64,000 nt of DNA, taken from positions 99,448,001 to 99,512,000 of the forward strand of contig NC_043006.1 in NCBI RefSeq assembly GCF_006345805.1, in the 5' to 3' direction. The position numbers were made by a program, and so were the translations under genes. Source of the stretch: Octopus sinensis (lineage: Eukaryota). This document shows positions 38,449 to 52,200 of the stretch, piece after piece. Positions within the stretch are counted from its first letter, which is position 1; every line of letters begins with the position of its first letter. The notes beneath the pieces were generated by a model, which was not told the DNA's origin, searched no databases, and saw only the letters and a list, made by a program, of their open reading frames with translations.

Positions 38449-40445
38449 GGCTATTTGAAAACGTTATGAAAAAATACCGTTAAAAATGAAGGATAACAGC
38501 AAATACACACAACTCTTACACAACAGCATCATTAATAATTATACTAAGGCTAGGGCACAGACATATAACGAAATTAATAAAGAAGCTAGCGTCATCGCCG
38601 CTAAACTTAAATTAGATAAAAAAATAGAAACCCTCCCCCAAAAAGAGGCCTTTATTACTATTAAAGACCACAAAGAAAACTTCCTTTCCAACCCTAAATG
38701 TAGGCTTATCAACCCAGCCAAGTCAGAACTAGGGATTATTAGCAAAGAAATTTTAGATAAAATAAATACGAAAATTAAGACCGATACTAGGCTAGTGCAA
38801 TGGTCCAATAGTATAGAAGTCGTAGACTGGTTTAAAGCTATTAAGAATAAGAAAAAAGCGAGGTTTACACAATTCGATATTGTTGATTTTTATGCCTCTA
38901 TCTCTAAAGAACTGCTAGATAAAGCCCTAATCTTCGCTAGTGACTTCATAGAAATTAGTACCAATGATAAGGATATAATCTTCCATGCTAGAAAGACATT
39001 ACTTTTCAGTGAGAATGCAAAGTGGGTAAAAAACACCGACACGGAGGGCGCTTTCGATGTGAGCATGGGTTCATATGATGGGGCAGGCATCTGTGATCTA
39101 ATTGGACTCTTTCTCCTAGATACCTTCGGTAAGACATTCCCTAACGTACATTTCGCCATCTACAAAGATGATGCCCTCGCCTTAACAGCTAATACAAATG
39201 GACCAGCACAAGATCGTTTTAGGAAGGATATTATCCAGTTAATGAAACACTTCGGACTTAGTATAACTATAGACACTAACCTGACGGTTGTCAATTTCTT
39301 AGACGTTTCCTTAGATCTTAATAATAATATTTATAAGCCTTATAGGAAGCCCAATGATAGACTAAGTTATATTAATGTAGGTTCATGCCATCCCCCTATA
39401 GTATTCAAAAATTTAGTTAAAAATATTAGTAAGAGGATTTCTAGCCTCTCATCTAATGAGGACATCTTCAATAGCGTTGCCCCAGTTTATAATAAGCTTT
39501 AAAAGATAGTGGTTTTAGCGAAAAAATAAAATATACACCTATCACCAGCCCAACAATAAGGAAAAGGAATAATAGAAATAGGAAGGTCATCTGGTTTTAC
39601 GCCCCCTTACTCACCCGAGGTGGCCTTCAATATAGGTAAATATTTCCTAGCACTGATAGATAGACATTTTCCAGTTAACCATGCTTATAGGAAACTCTTT
39701 AATAGACACAATTTAAAAATTAGTTTTAGTTCAACTACCAATTTTAAAAACATAATCAATCATAACATACAAAAAACACAAGAAGAAAACAGCTGTTCAT
39801 GCAGGAATAAAGAATTGTGCCCGCTAAATGGAGCTTGCATGTCCAAGACCATCATATATGAAGCTACCGTAAACTCTATAACCACTAAAGACACCGTTTC
39901 GACGAAGAAATACGTGGGCCTGACAGAGGGTAATTTCAAGGCCAGGTTCAATAACCACACTTTGAGCTTTAGGCACTGGAACAAAAGAAAAGCGACACAA
40001 TTATCCAATCATATTTGGTCTTTAAGAGATAAAGGTGTCGATTATAACATACAATGGAAGATTTTGGCCAGATGTAAGCCCTATACTAACGGCAGCGGAA
40101 GGTGCGGTTTATGCGACATGGAGAGATGGCTTATCTGGAAAAGCAGCTTAGACCCTACCACATGTCTAAATACAAGGACAGAGCTTTTCGGATCATGCCC
40201 ACATGTGACTAAATTTCTGTTACGTTTTTGGTCCCCTAAAGAAAACGGATAGAACATGCTTTCTGTGTTATGTCCCAAGAAGATTTATATATTTTTATAT
40301 ATTTTTATATATTTTTATGTATTTTTATATAATTTTTATGACGAAAAATGCGAGCGATGTATAAGTACGCAGGCAAAGCAGAGTTATAACAGAGTAATTT
40401 CCCTTCATTTTTAACGGTATTTTTTCATAACGTTTTCAAATAGCC

Positions 40446-40508
40446 AGATAACCGAAGAGATGGTGTTGTGGATTTCCACTTCGGCATCTGAAACTCAGAG
40501 TTTTATCT
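40446..40508 (+). ncRNA. Hammerhead-like fold in PLE pLTR, CCGAAGA variant
   Basis: Stem I AGAUAA/UUAUCU; GAUG/CAUC stem II; GAAA; palindromic ACUCAGAGU stem III; GUU triplet. Confidence 0.5.
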
Positions 40509-40603
40509 TGACTACCGAGTAATGTAACATATTGTATAGATAAATTTCCTCTATTTACATAATATGAGGTCTCTTTCTTTCTTTTGTTATCTTACCGTTT
40601 TAT

Positions 40604-40643
<40 letters not shown>

Positions 40644-40646
<3 letters not shown>

Positions 40647-42640
40647 TCGTTATATTGACGACATTATCGGTGCCACCTCACTCTCCCGCGAACATCTAGA
40701 TTCCTTCCTCTCTTTCGTCCAATCTTTCCATCCAGCCCTCCACTTCACTTCCACTATCTCCAACACCTCTGTCTCCTTCCTCGACATTTCGGTTAGCATT
40801 CTTCACTCCACTCTTACCACCTCCATTCACTACAAACACACAGACTCACACTCATACCTCAACTTCTCTTCCTCCCACCCAGAACACACCAAGCTTTCCA
40901 TACCCTATTCCCAATTCCTCCGTCTACGTAGGCTCTGTAGTGACGACCATGACTTTGAGACTCAGTCTCAACGTATGGCTCACCACTTCACCCTACGTGG
41001 ATACCCCCTCACCACTATCCACACCGCCCTTGCCAGAGCACGGTCGGTGGACCGTGTATCTGCTCTCTCTCCCCGAACCCGCCCTGTAGTCTCCCGCCTC
41101 CCTTTTCCCCTCACTTACCACCCCACGACCCTACGTCTCCAACGCACCATTCTTCGAGCTTTCCGTCATCTCCAGTCCGACCCGTCCACTTCACACCTCT
41201 TCCCTAACCGACCCCTCCCCTCTTTCAAACGAGCCCATAACCTTCGAGACCTTTTCGTCCATAGCTCCTTCCCGGACCCTACCTCCCAACCCGGCTCGTT
41301 CCCCTGCTCCCGCCCACGTTGCCGCACTTGCCCTTACCTCTCCAACACCACCCGCCTCACTAGCACCCACCATCGACCCTATCCCATCATCCACTCCTTC
41401 ACCTGCACCTCCAGCAATATTATCTATTGCATCTCTTGCTCTCTCTGCAATTCCTTGTACATCGGACAAACGGACGCCGCTTGGCTGACCGGTTCGCGGA
41501 CACCTTCGTGACATCCACCTTGCGAACGACACACCGTCTCACGCCATTTCCGCTCCACCGGTCACTCCTTGCAACACCTATCTGTGTTCGGTTTGTCCTT
41601 ACACAGAGGCCATCCGGATTCCCGTTTGCGCCGTGAACAGGAATTAATCTTCTCTCTTCGCTCTTATACGCCATTTGGTCTCAACTCTCCCCCCTCCTCA
41701 TCTAACCCCCCTCTCCCCCCTCCTCACCTATCCTTTCTCCCCCCGACCCCTACTTCTTCAGTCCTTCATCCTTTCATCCCTACTCCCCTTCCCCTCTTCC
41801 CTCTTTCTCCCTCCCTCTTCCCCTTCCCTCTGCTCCCTCTCTCACCCTCTCCCTCTTTCATCCCTCATCCCCCTCCTCCCCTTCCTTCTCCTCCATCCTC
41901 TCCTCTTCCCCCTTCCCCTCCCCATCTTCTTCCCCTCCCCTTCTCTCCCCCTCCCCCTCTTCTCCTCACTACACCACATGACTTTACACATCACATCACA
42001 TATGATGTGCCATACTAATACACACACCAACTAATACATACTAATACGTACTAATACATACTAGTACATACTAATACTTACACCAACCCTATACATACAC
42101 ACGTCCAGACCCCGCATACGCACTTATACTCTCTCACACACACACCTATACATACTAATACGTACTAATACATACTAATACATACTAATACATACACCAA
42201 CCCCATACATACGCACGTCCAGACCAATCCTATGCACTAATACTCTCTCATACACACACACACACAACCCTTATACATACTAATACATACACCAACCCTA
42301 TACATACACACATCCAGACCCCTCCCACGCACTTTTAGCTGGTCCCTCAACCCTTTTATCAACCCTATTATCTCCCCTTATTTCGCTCTCGCGTCTCATG
42401 TTTGATCTTTGACCTCTGGCCGAAATCAGATCGCCATGTTGATTCGTTAGCTACTGCACGCATTTTTTTTCTCTCCTCTTTCTGTGTTTTTCTCTCTCTG
42501 TGTATCTTTCTGTTGAAGAGCGTAGGCTCGAAACGTTAAAGACTTGTTTTATTTATATTTCCTGAGCGCCATACTAATACAATTGTTCTTTTGTTTTCCA
42601 CCTGCCTTCGTCTTTTGTTTATTTTCATAAAGCTTCCCGT
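40644..42640 (+). mobile_element. Penelope-like element 2 (Neptune-like), 5'-truncated
   Basis: YIDD, FLD, YSQFLRLRRLCS, RGYP, C..PRCRTC linker, IIYCISC..LYIGQT GIY-YIG; (TA)n at both ends. Confidence 0.9.
42010..42330. repeat. Minisatellite in PLE2 3' region
   Basis: (TACTAATACA)n interleaved with acaccaaccctatacatacac..gtccagacc units. Confidence 0.85.
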
Positions 42641-42711
<71 letters not shown>

Positions 42712-43081
42712 TATATATAATATATATATATATAATATATAATATATATATATATATATATATGTATATACGTATATACAGATACATACATACATATATC
42801 CACACACGATGTCCATACATTAATAACCTATGATATATAGTAACGTATTCTACGGTGTGTTGTAATGTAATATACACATACTGTCAAAATACTGATTTCA
42901 AATGTTGGCACAAGGCAAAGAACGTCGGATCTGGGGAATGTCGATTCCATCAACTGGCACTTATTTGGCCAAACCCAACTAGATAACAGATAAAGTCGAT
43001 CTTAGCGGAATTTTGCCATGCCTCCTAACGATTGTGCCAGCTTGTCTCCTCAAAGGTGCCGTTAAAAATATTATGTCGTTC

Positions 43082-43497
43082 ATAGGCGCAGGAGTGGCTG
43101 TGTGGTAAGTAGCTTGCTAACCAGCCACATGGTTCCGGGTTCAGTCCCACTGCGTGGCATCTTGGGCAAGTGTATTCTGCTATAGCCCCGGACCGACTAA
43201 TGCCTTGTGAGTGGATTTGGTAGACGGAAACTGAAAGAAGCCTGTCGTATATGTGTATATATATGTGTATATGTATGTCTTTGTGTGCCTGTGTTTGTCC
43301 CCCTAACATTGCTTGACAACCAATGCTGGTGTGTTTACGTCCCCGTCACTTAGCGGTTCGGCAAAAGAGACCGATAGAATAAGTACTGGGCTTGCAAAGA
43401 ATAAGTCCCGGGGTCGATTTGCTCGACTAAAGGCGGTGCTCCAGCATGGCCGCAGTCAAATGACTGAAACAAGTAAAAGAGTAAAAGAGAAAAGAGT
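43082..43497 (+). mobile_element. tRNA-derived SINE, full length
   Basis: Same family as 4538-4937. Confidence 0.92.
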
Positions 43498-44179
43498 ATA
43501 CTTTAAGATGATGACTTAACATACATTGGAGGATATAGCTTCCTGAAACATTTATAATAATATACGCAAAATTCTGTCTCTCCGTCTATCCGGGACCCCT
43601 CTATAACAATCTACATTTGGTCTACATGGATATATTACACCTTTTTCGAATCGAGATGATCCAGGGATTGAATGCCTTCCCTTTATTTGGGTCTTGAGCA
43701 CCGACCATTGTGATCAGGTCTGCATGAGTATTTGTTATATACTAACAGTTGGCAATTCAAACGTTCAAACAACTCCATATATTTGTAAACTAAGTTTTTC
43801 ATTTATATTGAATTTAAAATAATACCATATTAGTAGGGTGATACAATATTAATAGGCTGCCAATAAATGCTTCACTAGTAGGAATGCAGGCTCAATAAGC
43901 CCTCTGCACCAGAAAATACCGCAGATTTTAGCAGATTAATTTATGTTACACACATCCTTGGTGGCCAGGTAAGGAACAACTACATCGCTGATGGGATCCA
44001 TTTTAGTCAATTGAATCCGATATTTCCATATTTCGCTTCTTTGTGTCCACACTGAATTTTTAAAGCATGCAGGATATTTATAATTATAAATAAACACAGC
44101 TTTTATCTAAAACCAATTGATATGTTATTGGATATATTGCTGTAAAGTTCCAAAATATTAACTGTGTGTTGGTGAAATT

Positions 44180-44490
44180 AAATATTTTTTTTTTATTTAT
44201 GCAAACAAGTTTATCCGCATGTGAACTTATCGATAGTGAATATCTGACAAACATCCTCAAGAGAAAGATCCAAAGAAGGGAAGACGGAAGTGAAAAATCG
44301 CCAACACTACACAGTTTATTCACTGCACCCTGTACATATATATATATATATATATATATGTACAGGGTGCAGTGAATAAACTGTCGTTTACATACACAGT
44401 AGTGAAAATAAAATCTCATTTTCACAGATATAATTTATTCAATAAAGCCGCCATTGGATTAAACCTCGGCTTCCATACTTGTTTGTAAGA
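44180..44490 (-). mobile_element. Tc1-like 3' end and probable 5' end joined through (TA)n
   Basis: TIR tacagggtgcagtgaataaactgt on both sides of (TA)n; right part carries a Tc1-like C-terminus (..MEAEV*SNGGFIE*) on the minus strand. Confidence 0.6.
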
Positions 44491-45639
44491 AGGTGTGACA
44501 TTTCACTATTTTAGAATTTTAGTTAGTCTGATATTAACTGATTTTAAATCAAACTCTAAAATGGCACTTACCGTATACTTTTTGGTTTTATCTAAATAAT
44601 GTTATGTTACCTTTAGTCAATTGCTTTGCTGACGTTATCAGACTTAAAGCATATATGGATGTGTATTTTAACTCTTCAAATTCGGGGTGCTACTATTTGT
44701 GCGCTGGCTGGAGGATTTGAACTTTATGTTAAAGACGACTCACACATGTTCAAAGAATGTCCTTTTATCTTCACGGAAAAGAAAAAGCCAATATTTATAT
44801 GTACTGTTTACAACGTCATCCTATGATGCACCTGAACACACCGTGGCTGTTGTTTTGTTTTCGTCCATTATATGAGTCTAGGCTTCAACTTTAGAAACAT
44901 TCACACAAGCATCTCAGGCGACCCAGATGGGCCAGGCACTTAGTGGGGTCAAGCTAGTGTTTGAAAAATCCGCAGCTAGTGGCCACTTAACACTATCCTT
45001 CTGACACTGCGCCTTCCAAGGCTCCCACCTTCTTATCAACAGCCACTTTGAGGCAACCTGATGACTTTCTTCAAAATGATCCCTGTGATGCCAAGCATAT
45101 TGCAAAGTCTGCGGGAGACTGGCCCGAAAATACTCTATATATCGGGTCAATGATATCGGACTTCCTTTGCCCCCAGTTGCTGTGGAATAGCTCAAGTAGC
45201 TTAACATATATCTTGCTCTTGCTCTCTTAGTCCTCCTTGATGCGGTCCCCACATACAATGAAATGAATTCGTTTCGTGTCCCTTAGACATCATGCACAGC
45301 ATACAAACATTTTAATAATTATGTATCCATTCATATTCATGCGTGTTGATGTCTGGAAAACAGAACCTATTTATTAGTTCTCAGCATCTTTTATTTCATC
45401 TTGAACCCCTGATCGATATTGTTTAAAAGAGAAAAACACTTACTCAATATAGATAATGACCATTAATAACACAGGCATCCTAATTAGGGAACATATTACA
45501 CATAACAATTTTTATTACTTTAGAAATTAAGCTGATGATCCTCTATTATCTTTCACCCGGAGCTAAGAACTTTTCAGCATCACTCGTATATATGATAACA
45601 CAGATTAACAAATCAATTGTTGTTTGTTTGTTCCTTCTC

Positions 45640-45790
45640 AATTCATGCCTGGCTCGTAGGGCCGGTTTCCCTTTTCCTTGGCGGTCTGTCGCGGGTGAGC
45701 TGCAAGATGCAAGAGGAAAGAGTGAGAGAAAGTTGTGGCGAAAGAGTCAGCAGACGTTCGCCATTACCTTCTGCCGGAGCCGCGTGGAGC
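45640..45790 (-). mobile_element. Partial third-family SINE, tail type C
   Basis: rc aagctccacgcggctccggcag..cacaactttctctcactc shared with 20567/36072, new tail. Confidence 0.6.
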
Positions 45791-46926
45791 TTGATATTCA
45801 AAATTTCTCACATAGATAATATATCATATATATTGACCTTCTTACTTGAAACAGCTATTCTGACCCTCAGCCCATATGTGTAATTTATACTACAACCCAC
45901 TCGGGAACATCCCTGCGTTAGAACTTAAGCTTACGAGGATACCCTACTGTGACTTTACGTATGCGTTATGTATTTTGCCTATACTTGTGAAAGTATTCGT
46001 AACGGAAAGGACAAGTCCGTATTTCCCATCATAAATACTTGGGAATCTGGTAATCTATCCACCGGCTCTACCCACGCGTCTTTCGTTATTTAAGTACCTT
46101 GATTCCATTCGATCGTGAAAATTGTATATAGATGTGTGTGTGTGTGTTCTCTCACACATATACGAATACTTCCTCCCCCACACACATATATATACACAAA
46201 CACACAAGTATGTATTTATATGTACGTGCTGTGTATTTATGTATGTATGTACGTATGTATACCATTTATATTAGTCTATAGTACGTTAAATTTCCTATAC
46301 ACGACAGATAGGAGAGCCATAATATTTGTTATATATATATAATGATTCTCGTTGGACATATCTCAAAATAATTGCTTTTCAAACTTGTGTTATTTATTGA
46401 GCTCTATAAAACATCAAGATGCAATTCAGTTGGGTATTTTTTTAATGAGGGTAATTTTATCCCATAACTAATCTTTAAAAATGTGTACGCAGTAGAAATT
46501 ACATTGGCAGTATGTAGGTGAATGCAGGGTGTGTGACAATAATGGATCATTACATAAAGTTTCCTTTTGTATAAAATGTAGATGATGCAAATTTTGATAG
46601 AATTTCCTTTTCTCAGGGATTGTGTATGAGAGTGAATAAATGCAGCAACCGCAGTCTTATATTTTCGTGTTTGAATTAACTTCTTGTAAACGAATTTATT
46701 TTCTTTTGACGTGTAACGAAGATGCATAATACATGTCGGTGAGTTGCTAATTTGTGTTAGCTGACGAAATACATAATTAGTGTTTATCTATATCTAGTGT
46801 AACGGTAGTGAACAGAGAGATGTATTCCTAGAAATGATACAAAAATATATAAAAGTAGTATTAGATTTATATGCATACATATTTACACATTACACAAATC
46901 CATATATATATATATATATATATATA

Positions 46927-48108
46927 TACCGGAGTAAACACATAAATGTGAAACAAGGTGGAAAAAAAGAGTACTCAAATACCAGTGGTAGAGTAATATG
47001 CTTTATTTTAAGCAGCAGAAAATTCAACAAAATCTGCTACTCTGAGTTTCTCGTTGCCGTTCATCGGACAGTTTTTGCAGTCTTATGTTTCTACATATAT
47101 ATTAGGAAAAACCTACAAACTTTGTTTTCATGTTATTGTATTGCATAGGATTACCTTGATTATTCATATTACCTTTATTATTTATAAATGACCCAAAATA
47201 GGATGTTATATTTTATTTTATATGTCTTTCGTATATATTTTTATTAATGCACCCATTTTTAAAAGCAATGTTTTTTTAAAAAAAGCAATGTTGTCAAAAT
47301 TAGAACGTTTATATAAGTATGTGTATAGCAAAGCATATGTATTTGTAAGCATGCGTATCTGTGTATGTGTAAGTGAAAGTATGTTTGTGCTTAAGCACAC
47401 ATTTACACGACTGTATGTATATGTATCCATTCAAACTTGTGTATGTATACTGGTCTCTATATATGCCAATAATACCGTTACACTGCTTGTATACATAATT
47501 TTCTCTTATTTCGTTTTTTTCCCCACCCCTCCTTCGTTCCTTTTTCTCTCTCTCCCTTTCTTTCGTTCCGCCTCCTTGCCCAGTATATGAGAATTGCTAC
47601 ATAGATGAATTTTAGCTTGCGTGCGAGACGGTTTGCGTGAATATATGTACACATGCTTTTATGTGTATATTTAGACTTATATTCATACGTCTGTATATGT
47701 ATGTATGGCGTTTACGCGCATCCTTTTGTGTATGTTGATATATATATGTAGATTTTAATATAAATATGTATTGCAGTATTTATAACAGGTTTAATTTCTA
47801 TGCATTAATTTGCACTGTCTTCATTAACGTCAATAGGTTTTTTCCTCGGATTTTATAATTTTTATAATTTTTATAAGTTTTTTATATATATATACATATA
47901 TTTTTGACCTTTTTGTTTATCGCTCGAAGATTGACCGTTTTTTCTAAAGGCCAATCAAACAGTCCATTTCTTTTTAAAGGTGTAGCGTTTGTAAGAGTAT
48001 AGATTGAATTGATATATCAGTTCCATTCTAGCAAAAAATGTCCGATGAACGGCAACGAGAAACTCAGAGTAACAGATTTTGTTGAATTTTCTGCTGCTTA
48101 AAATAAAG

Positions 48109-48110
<2 letters not shown>
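46927..48110. mobile_element. Non-autonomous foldback element, ~80-bp inverted arms each with a hammerhead-like fold
   Basis: 47000-47078 is near reverse complement of 48031-48110; (TTTTTATAA)n segment resembles PLE1 3' UTR; TA flanks. Confidence 0.75.
48039..48074 (+). ncRNA. Minimal hammerhead-like fold, CCGAUGA variant (mirror 47034-47071, minus)
   Basis: UGU-CCGAUGA-A-CG-GCAA-CG-A-GAAA-CUCAGAG-U-A-ACA. Confidence 0.55.
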
Positions 48111-48156
<46 letters not shown>

Positions 48157-48789
48157 TTAATCAATATATTGATTAATTATGAATTTTCTGGTTAATTCCG
48201 TAATGGAATCGACGGCTTATATTTATTTGCTGCCGATAAATTTGGCGCGAGTGCGACGATTTGAAAATTTTCGGTCAGATATTACCTTGGCAGGGTCGGA
48301 AATGCCTCGTGAAAATATCTGTTCCGACTTGGGCTATTTCTTACTGAAGAATCTGAGGGCCTATGGAAGATTGGCTTGATTTAATTTAATCAGGTTAGTT
48401 TAAACATTAAACAGCAGATGAAACGGTGCATCGTATAAGAAATTACAGGGTAAATGTTTTTTAAATTTTCTCCTGTTTACGGAATTAATTTTTATTTGCG
48501 GTTGAAGCTTTGGCTGTTATTTCTAGTGGGTGAATGGCCTATTATGGCCGTTCCTTGATTGTTGATGTATATATATATATATATAATATATATATATATA
48601 GTGAGAGAAAGGAACAGACAGACAGATACAAACAGCGAGAAAGATTGTGTCATCCCAAAACTAATTTGGTTTTTTATTCTATTATTTCTCAAATAAAAGA
48701 TAAACAACGTTCTTTTTAAATCTAAAATATACTCCACTTCATTTTCTACAATGCTCTGTCACCAATATGGTAGTCTAGCAACTGCTCTC

Positions 48790-49795
48790 TAATAAAATTC
48801 ACTTGTCGGTGGCGAAATATACTCCATCAGTACTGTTCTGACCTCGTGTAGAGTATTCATATTTTTCACGTCCAAATGATTTTGAAAACTGCGGAATAAG
48901 TGATAATCAGATGGGACAATGTCCGGCGAATATGGTAGGTGAGCATATATTTCCATGCAAATTGCTCCAGCCATTGGAATGTTATCTGCGCTGTATGTGG
49001 CCGTGCATTATCCTGATGGAAAATCACCAATCCTCTTGAACCCAAATATGGTCGTTGTTCTTCTAACGCTGACTTAAGCCTTTCACGCTGCTTGCAGTAG
49101 ATCTCTTTTGTCACCGTTTGGTTTGGGTTTAAATGCACAAAGTGGACTAAACCTTTCATATCCCACGAAAGAGATAATAGCGCCTTACGTTGGTGAAAAC
49201 CTTCGTTAGCCTGCAGAGCCGGTGTTTCTTCTTTCCCTATCCACTGTCTTCGACGCTTGACATTTTTATAGAGGACCCATTTCTCAGCAGAAGTCACTAT
49301 TCGGCCCAAAATTCGCTCATCCGTGAGACGTGAAAGCAACGAAACGCACACATTCACTCTCCACGCTCGATTACACGCAGAATTTTTGTGAGGAAACCAT
49401 TGACACAATTTGCTGAATGATTGAATGACCAAATTCACACTACTGTGCTAGTCCCTCAACAGCTACGTTGAGATTTTGTTCCACCAGGAACTCTACAGAT
49501 CTTCCTAGCCGAGGCTCATCTTCTAAGCTGCAGCTTCCGACTCGGAATTTCTGGAACCACCGTTGCGTTGTTGCCTTTATCGAACGGATAAAGAAAAATA
49601 TACCAAATATGCTCTTTTGTTACTTCCATTATAGGTTTCAAATAGTACCTGTTAAAATCGAATTACTCTCTTCAGAACCTGCACTAAGAATAAGGACAAG
49701 GTAAAATTTATGCGTGGTTTTATAGCAAATTGATGCAGGTAGGTTATCGTGTCCCCATCCGACTTTAGTTGCATTGTTTATGGGATGGCCCAATG
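48790..49795 (-). mobile_element. mariner transposase relic with one end
   Basis: IVTSAEKWVLY, FHQDNARPH, HLPYSPDIVPSDYHLFRS (D,D34D-type motifs). Confidence 0.88.
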
Positions 49796-50013
49796 CACAC
49801 ACACACACACACACAGACACACACATACATACATCCATATATATATATATATATATATATATACAAAAAGCAATAAAGATTCAAGTTAATTTAAATGAAT
49901 TTACTTGAATATGGTACCTAACTTAGATGCACCAAAAAAAAACTATACTGTTTTAACAATACAGTAATGTGGGGTGATTATAAGCGAGAAAGAAGCAACA
50001 AGAATGGATAGGT

Positions 50014-50103
50014 TTTTAGTACAATCGTTTCATACAAGGACAGGCTTTATTAAAAGTTGCAAAATTTACAGCATATAACGTGTCCCGTACTCATCAGCTA
50101 AAA
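50014..50103 (-). ncRNA. Hammerhead ribozyme fold, canonical core (left arm)
   Basis: Mirror of 52201-52291. Confidence 0.8.
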
Positions 50104-52200
50104 TACATGTGAGTTCTCTAGACATCCTAGTGGTTGAGGCTATACTCATGAAGTAATGTAGATAATTAAGTAACATAAACAGATTTCCAAAGTTCATTAA
50201 AGTTCTTTAAAGATGATGTACAGTCTTATCACAGAATTTGAAAAAAGTTTTAATAGCATCACAGAGAAGGTGACCTAATCCATAGTGCACATATGAATTT
50301 CCAGAGATATGATGAAGGATTACATACTCACAGAAGACAAATTTATCCATTGTTAATCACAACGAGGTGGGTCTCAATTCCTGCTTATTAGCATTACAGA
50401 GAGGGTGAATTAATCCTTTGTATAGATGCACAATTTCCAATGGGTAGATGTAAATTTCCAGAGAAATGAAGAGGAATTTCATATTCACAGGCGATAAATT
50501 TATCAATGGTTGAACACAATGAGGTAGGTATCAATTCTTGTTATATGATTAGGTATTTGCCACATTAATCACATTACTGCTATTTACAAGAGGCTGTAGC
50601 CATTTAACTTTTAAAGGCTGAGGGCTTTCTAGAGAGGCAAAGAATAGAAAAGGGAAGGGAATAGAAGAAAAGAGAGAAAATAAAGGAGGAGGGAGCAAAA
50701 AAGGGGGGAAGGGGACTAAAAGAGAAGAGAAAAGGAAAAAGAGAATAAGAAGAAGAAAAAGAAAAAGAGAAAAGAGAAAGAAATAGGGAAAGAAGGGAAA
50801 AAAAAAAAGAAAAAAAAGAGAGTTCTAGTTATACAGAAGAATTAGTAGACGGCAAGTCTGGTTTTAATTTACAGGCATCTAGGAACTAGAGGAGAATATT
50901 ATTCTTTGACCAGTAAAACAGCTAATTTATTGCTGTTGAAATCAGCTATGAATTTAAGAGAATCTAAAGAGATAACACAGTCAGGGTTTAGGGGTCAGAT
51001 GCTAAAATCAAAAAAAATACATTAGGAAAATCTAAGTATAATCTTATCAAAAAGTCATTAAAATTTACTTATTTAATTTATTCATTTTATTGTCTTAAGG
51101 AGTTGCCGTTATTATTCATACATTGACGGACTACAGGTCAAATCTTAGAAGATCATTTACAAGGTGTTAGGGGATTGTCTATCATAATGAAGATAATCAT
51201 ATTATCACCGAGGGGTAGCCTTATTTATTTAATTTTGAAATAGAATTATGGGGCTATAGTAACTCATTTTATTTTATTAGAGTTATGCTACTTAAATTAG
51301 ATTAAGTTAGGAATTAAAATTAAAAATTACAATTAAGATTTAAAATTAAGAATTTAAAAATTATGAGTTTGAAATTAAATAAAGCCTCAATTAAGCAGCG
51401 TATAAGTACTATAGCACTGCTTTAAGTAGATAACTAAGAGTTCTCACACTACAGTTATCTTTTTCCTTATATCTGCATCAGTTTTTTGAGAACAGGGAAA
51501 TGAATAGTACGTATACGCTGCTTAATTTCTCTTTTCTCTTTTTTCTTTTTCTTCTTCTTATTCTCTTTTTCCTTTTCTCTTCTCTTTTAGTCCCCTTCCC
51601 CCCTTTTTTGCTCCCTCCTCCTTTATTTTCTCTCTTTTCTTCTATTCCCTTCCCTTTTCTATTCTTTGCCTCTCTAGAAAGCCCTTCAGCCTTTAAAAGT
51701 TAATAGCTACAGCCTCTTGTAAATAGCAGTAATGTGATTAATGTGGCAAATACCTAATCATATAACAAGAATTGATACCTACCTCATTGTGTTCAACCAT
51801 TGATAAATTTATCGCCTGTGAATATGAAATTCCTCTTCATTTCTCTGGAAATTTACATCTACACCATTGGAAATTGTGCATCTATACAAAGGATTAATTC
51901 ACCTCTCTGTAATGCTATAAGCAGGAATTGAGACCACCTCGTTGTGATTAACAATGGATAAATTTGTCTTCTGTGAGTATGTAATCCCTCATCATATCTC
52001 TGGAAATTCATATGTGCACTATGGATTAGGTCACCTTCTCTGTGATGCTATTAAAACTTTTTTAAAATTCTGTGATAAGACTGTACATCATCTTTAAAGA
52101 ACTTTAATGAACTTTGGAAATCTGTTTATGTTACTTAATTATCTACATTACTTCATGAGTATAGCCTCAACCACTAGGATGTCTAGAGAACTCACATGTA

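Larger units (their letters stand above)
38359..40536 (+). mobile_element. Penelope-like element 1: RT + C-terminal GIY-YIG, 5'-truncated with inverted pLTR
   Basis: ORFs 38486-39502 (MGSYDGA, YKDD) and 39620-40252 (IIYEATV..KKYVGLTE..FKARF); 38359-38492 is reverse complement of 40402-40536. Confidence 0.92.

Noticed and set aside
38486-41690. Possible Naiad-type or selenocysteine-recoded PLE ORFs
   Set aside because: Both PLEs have a C-terminal endonuclease, and their ORF breaks are frameshifts, not in-frame UGA codons at cysteine positions.
42010-42330. Repeat-spacer-looking array
   Set aside because: Units are irregular, the apparent spacers are themselves repeated, the context is a eukaryotic PLE 3' region and there are no cas genes: not CRISPR.
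44890-45260. Possible RTE-like LINE C-terminus on the minus strand
   Set aside because: Only loose residue spacing; too weak to call.
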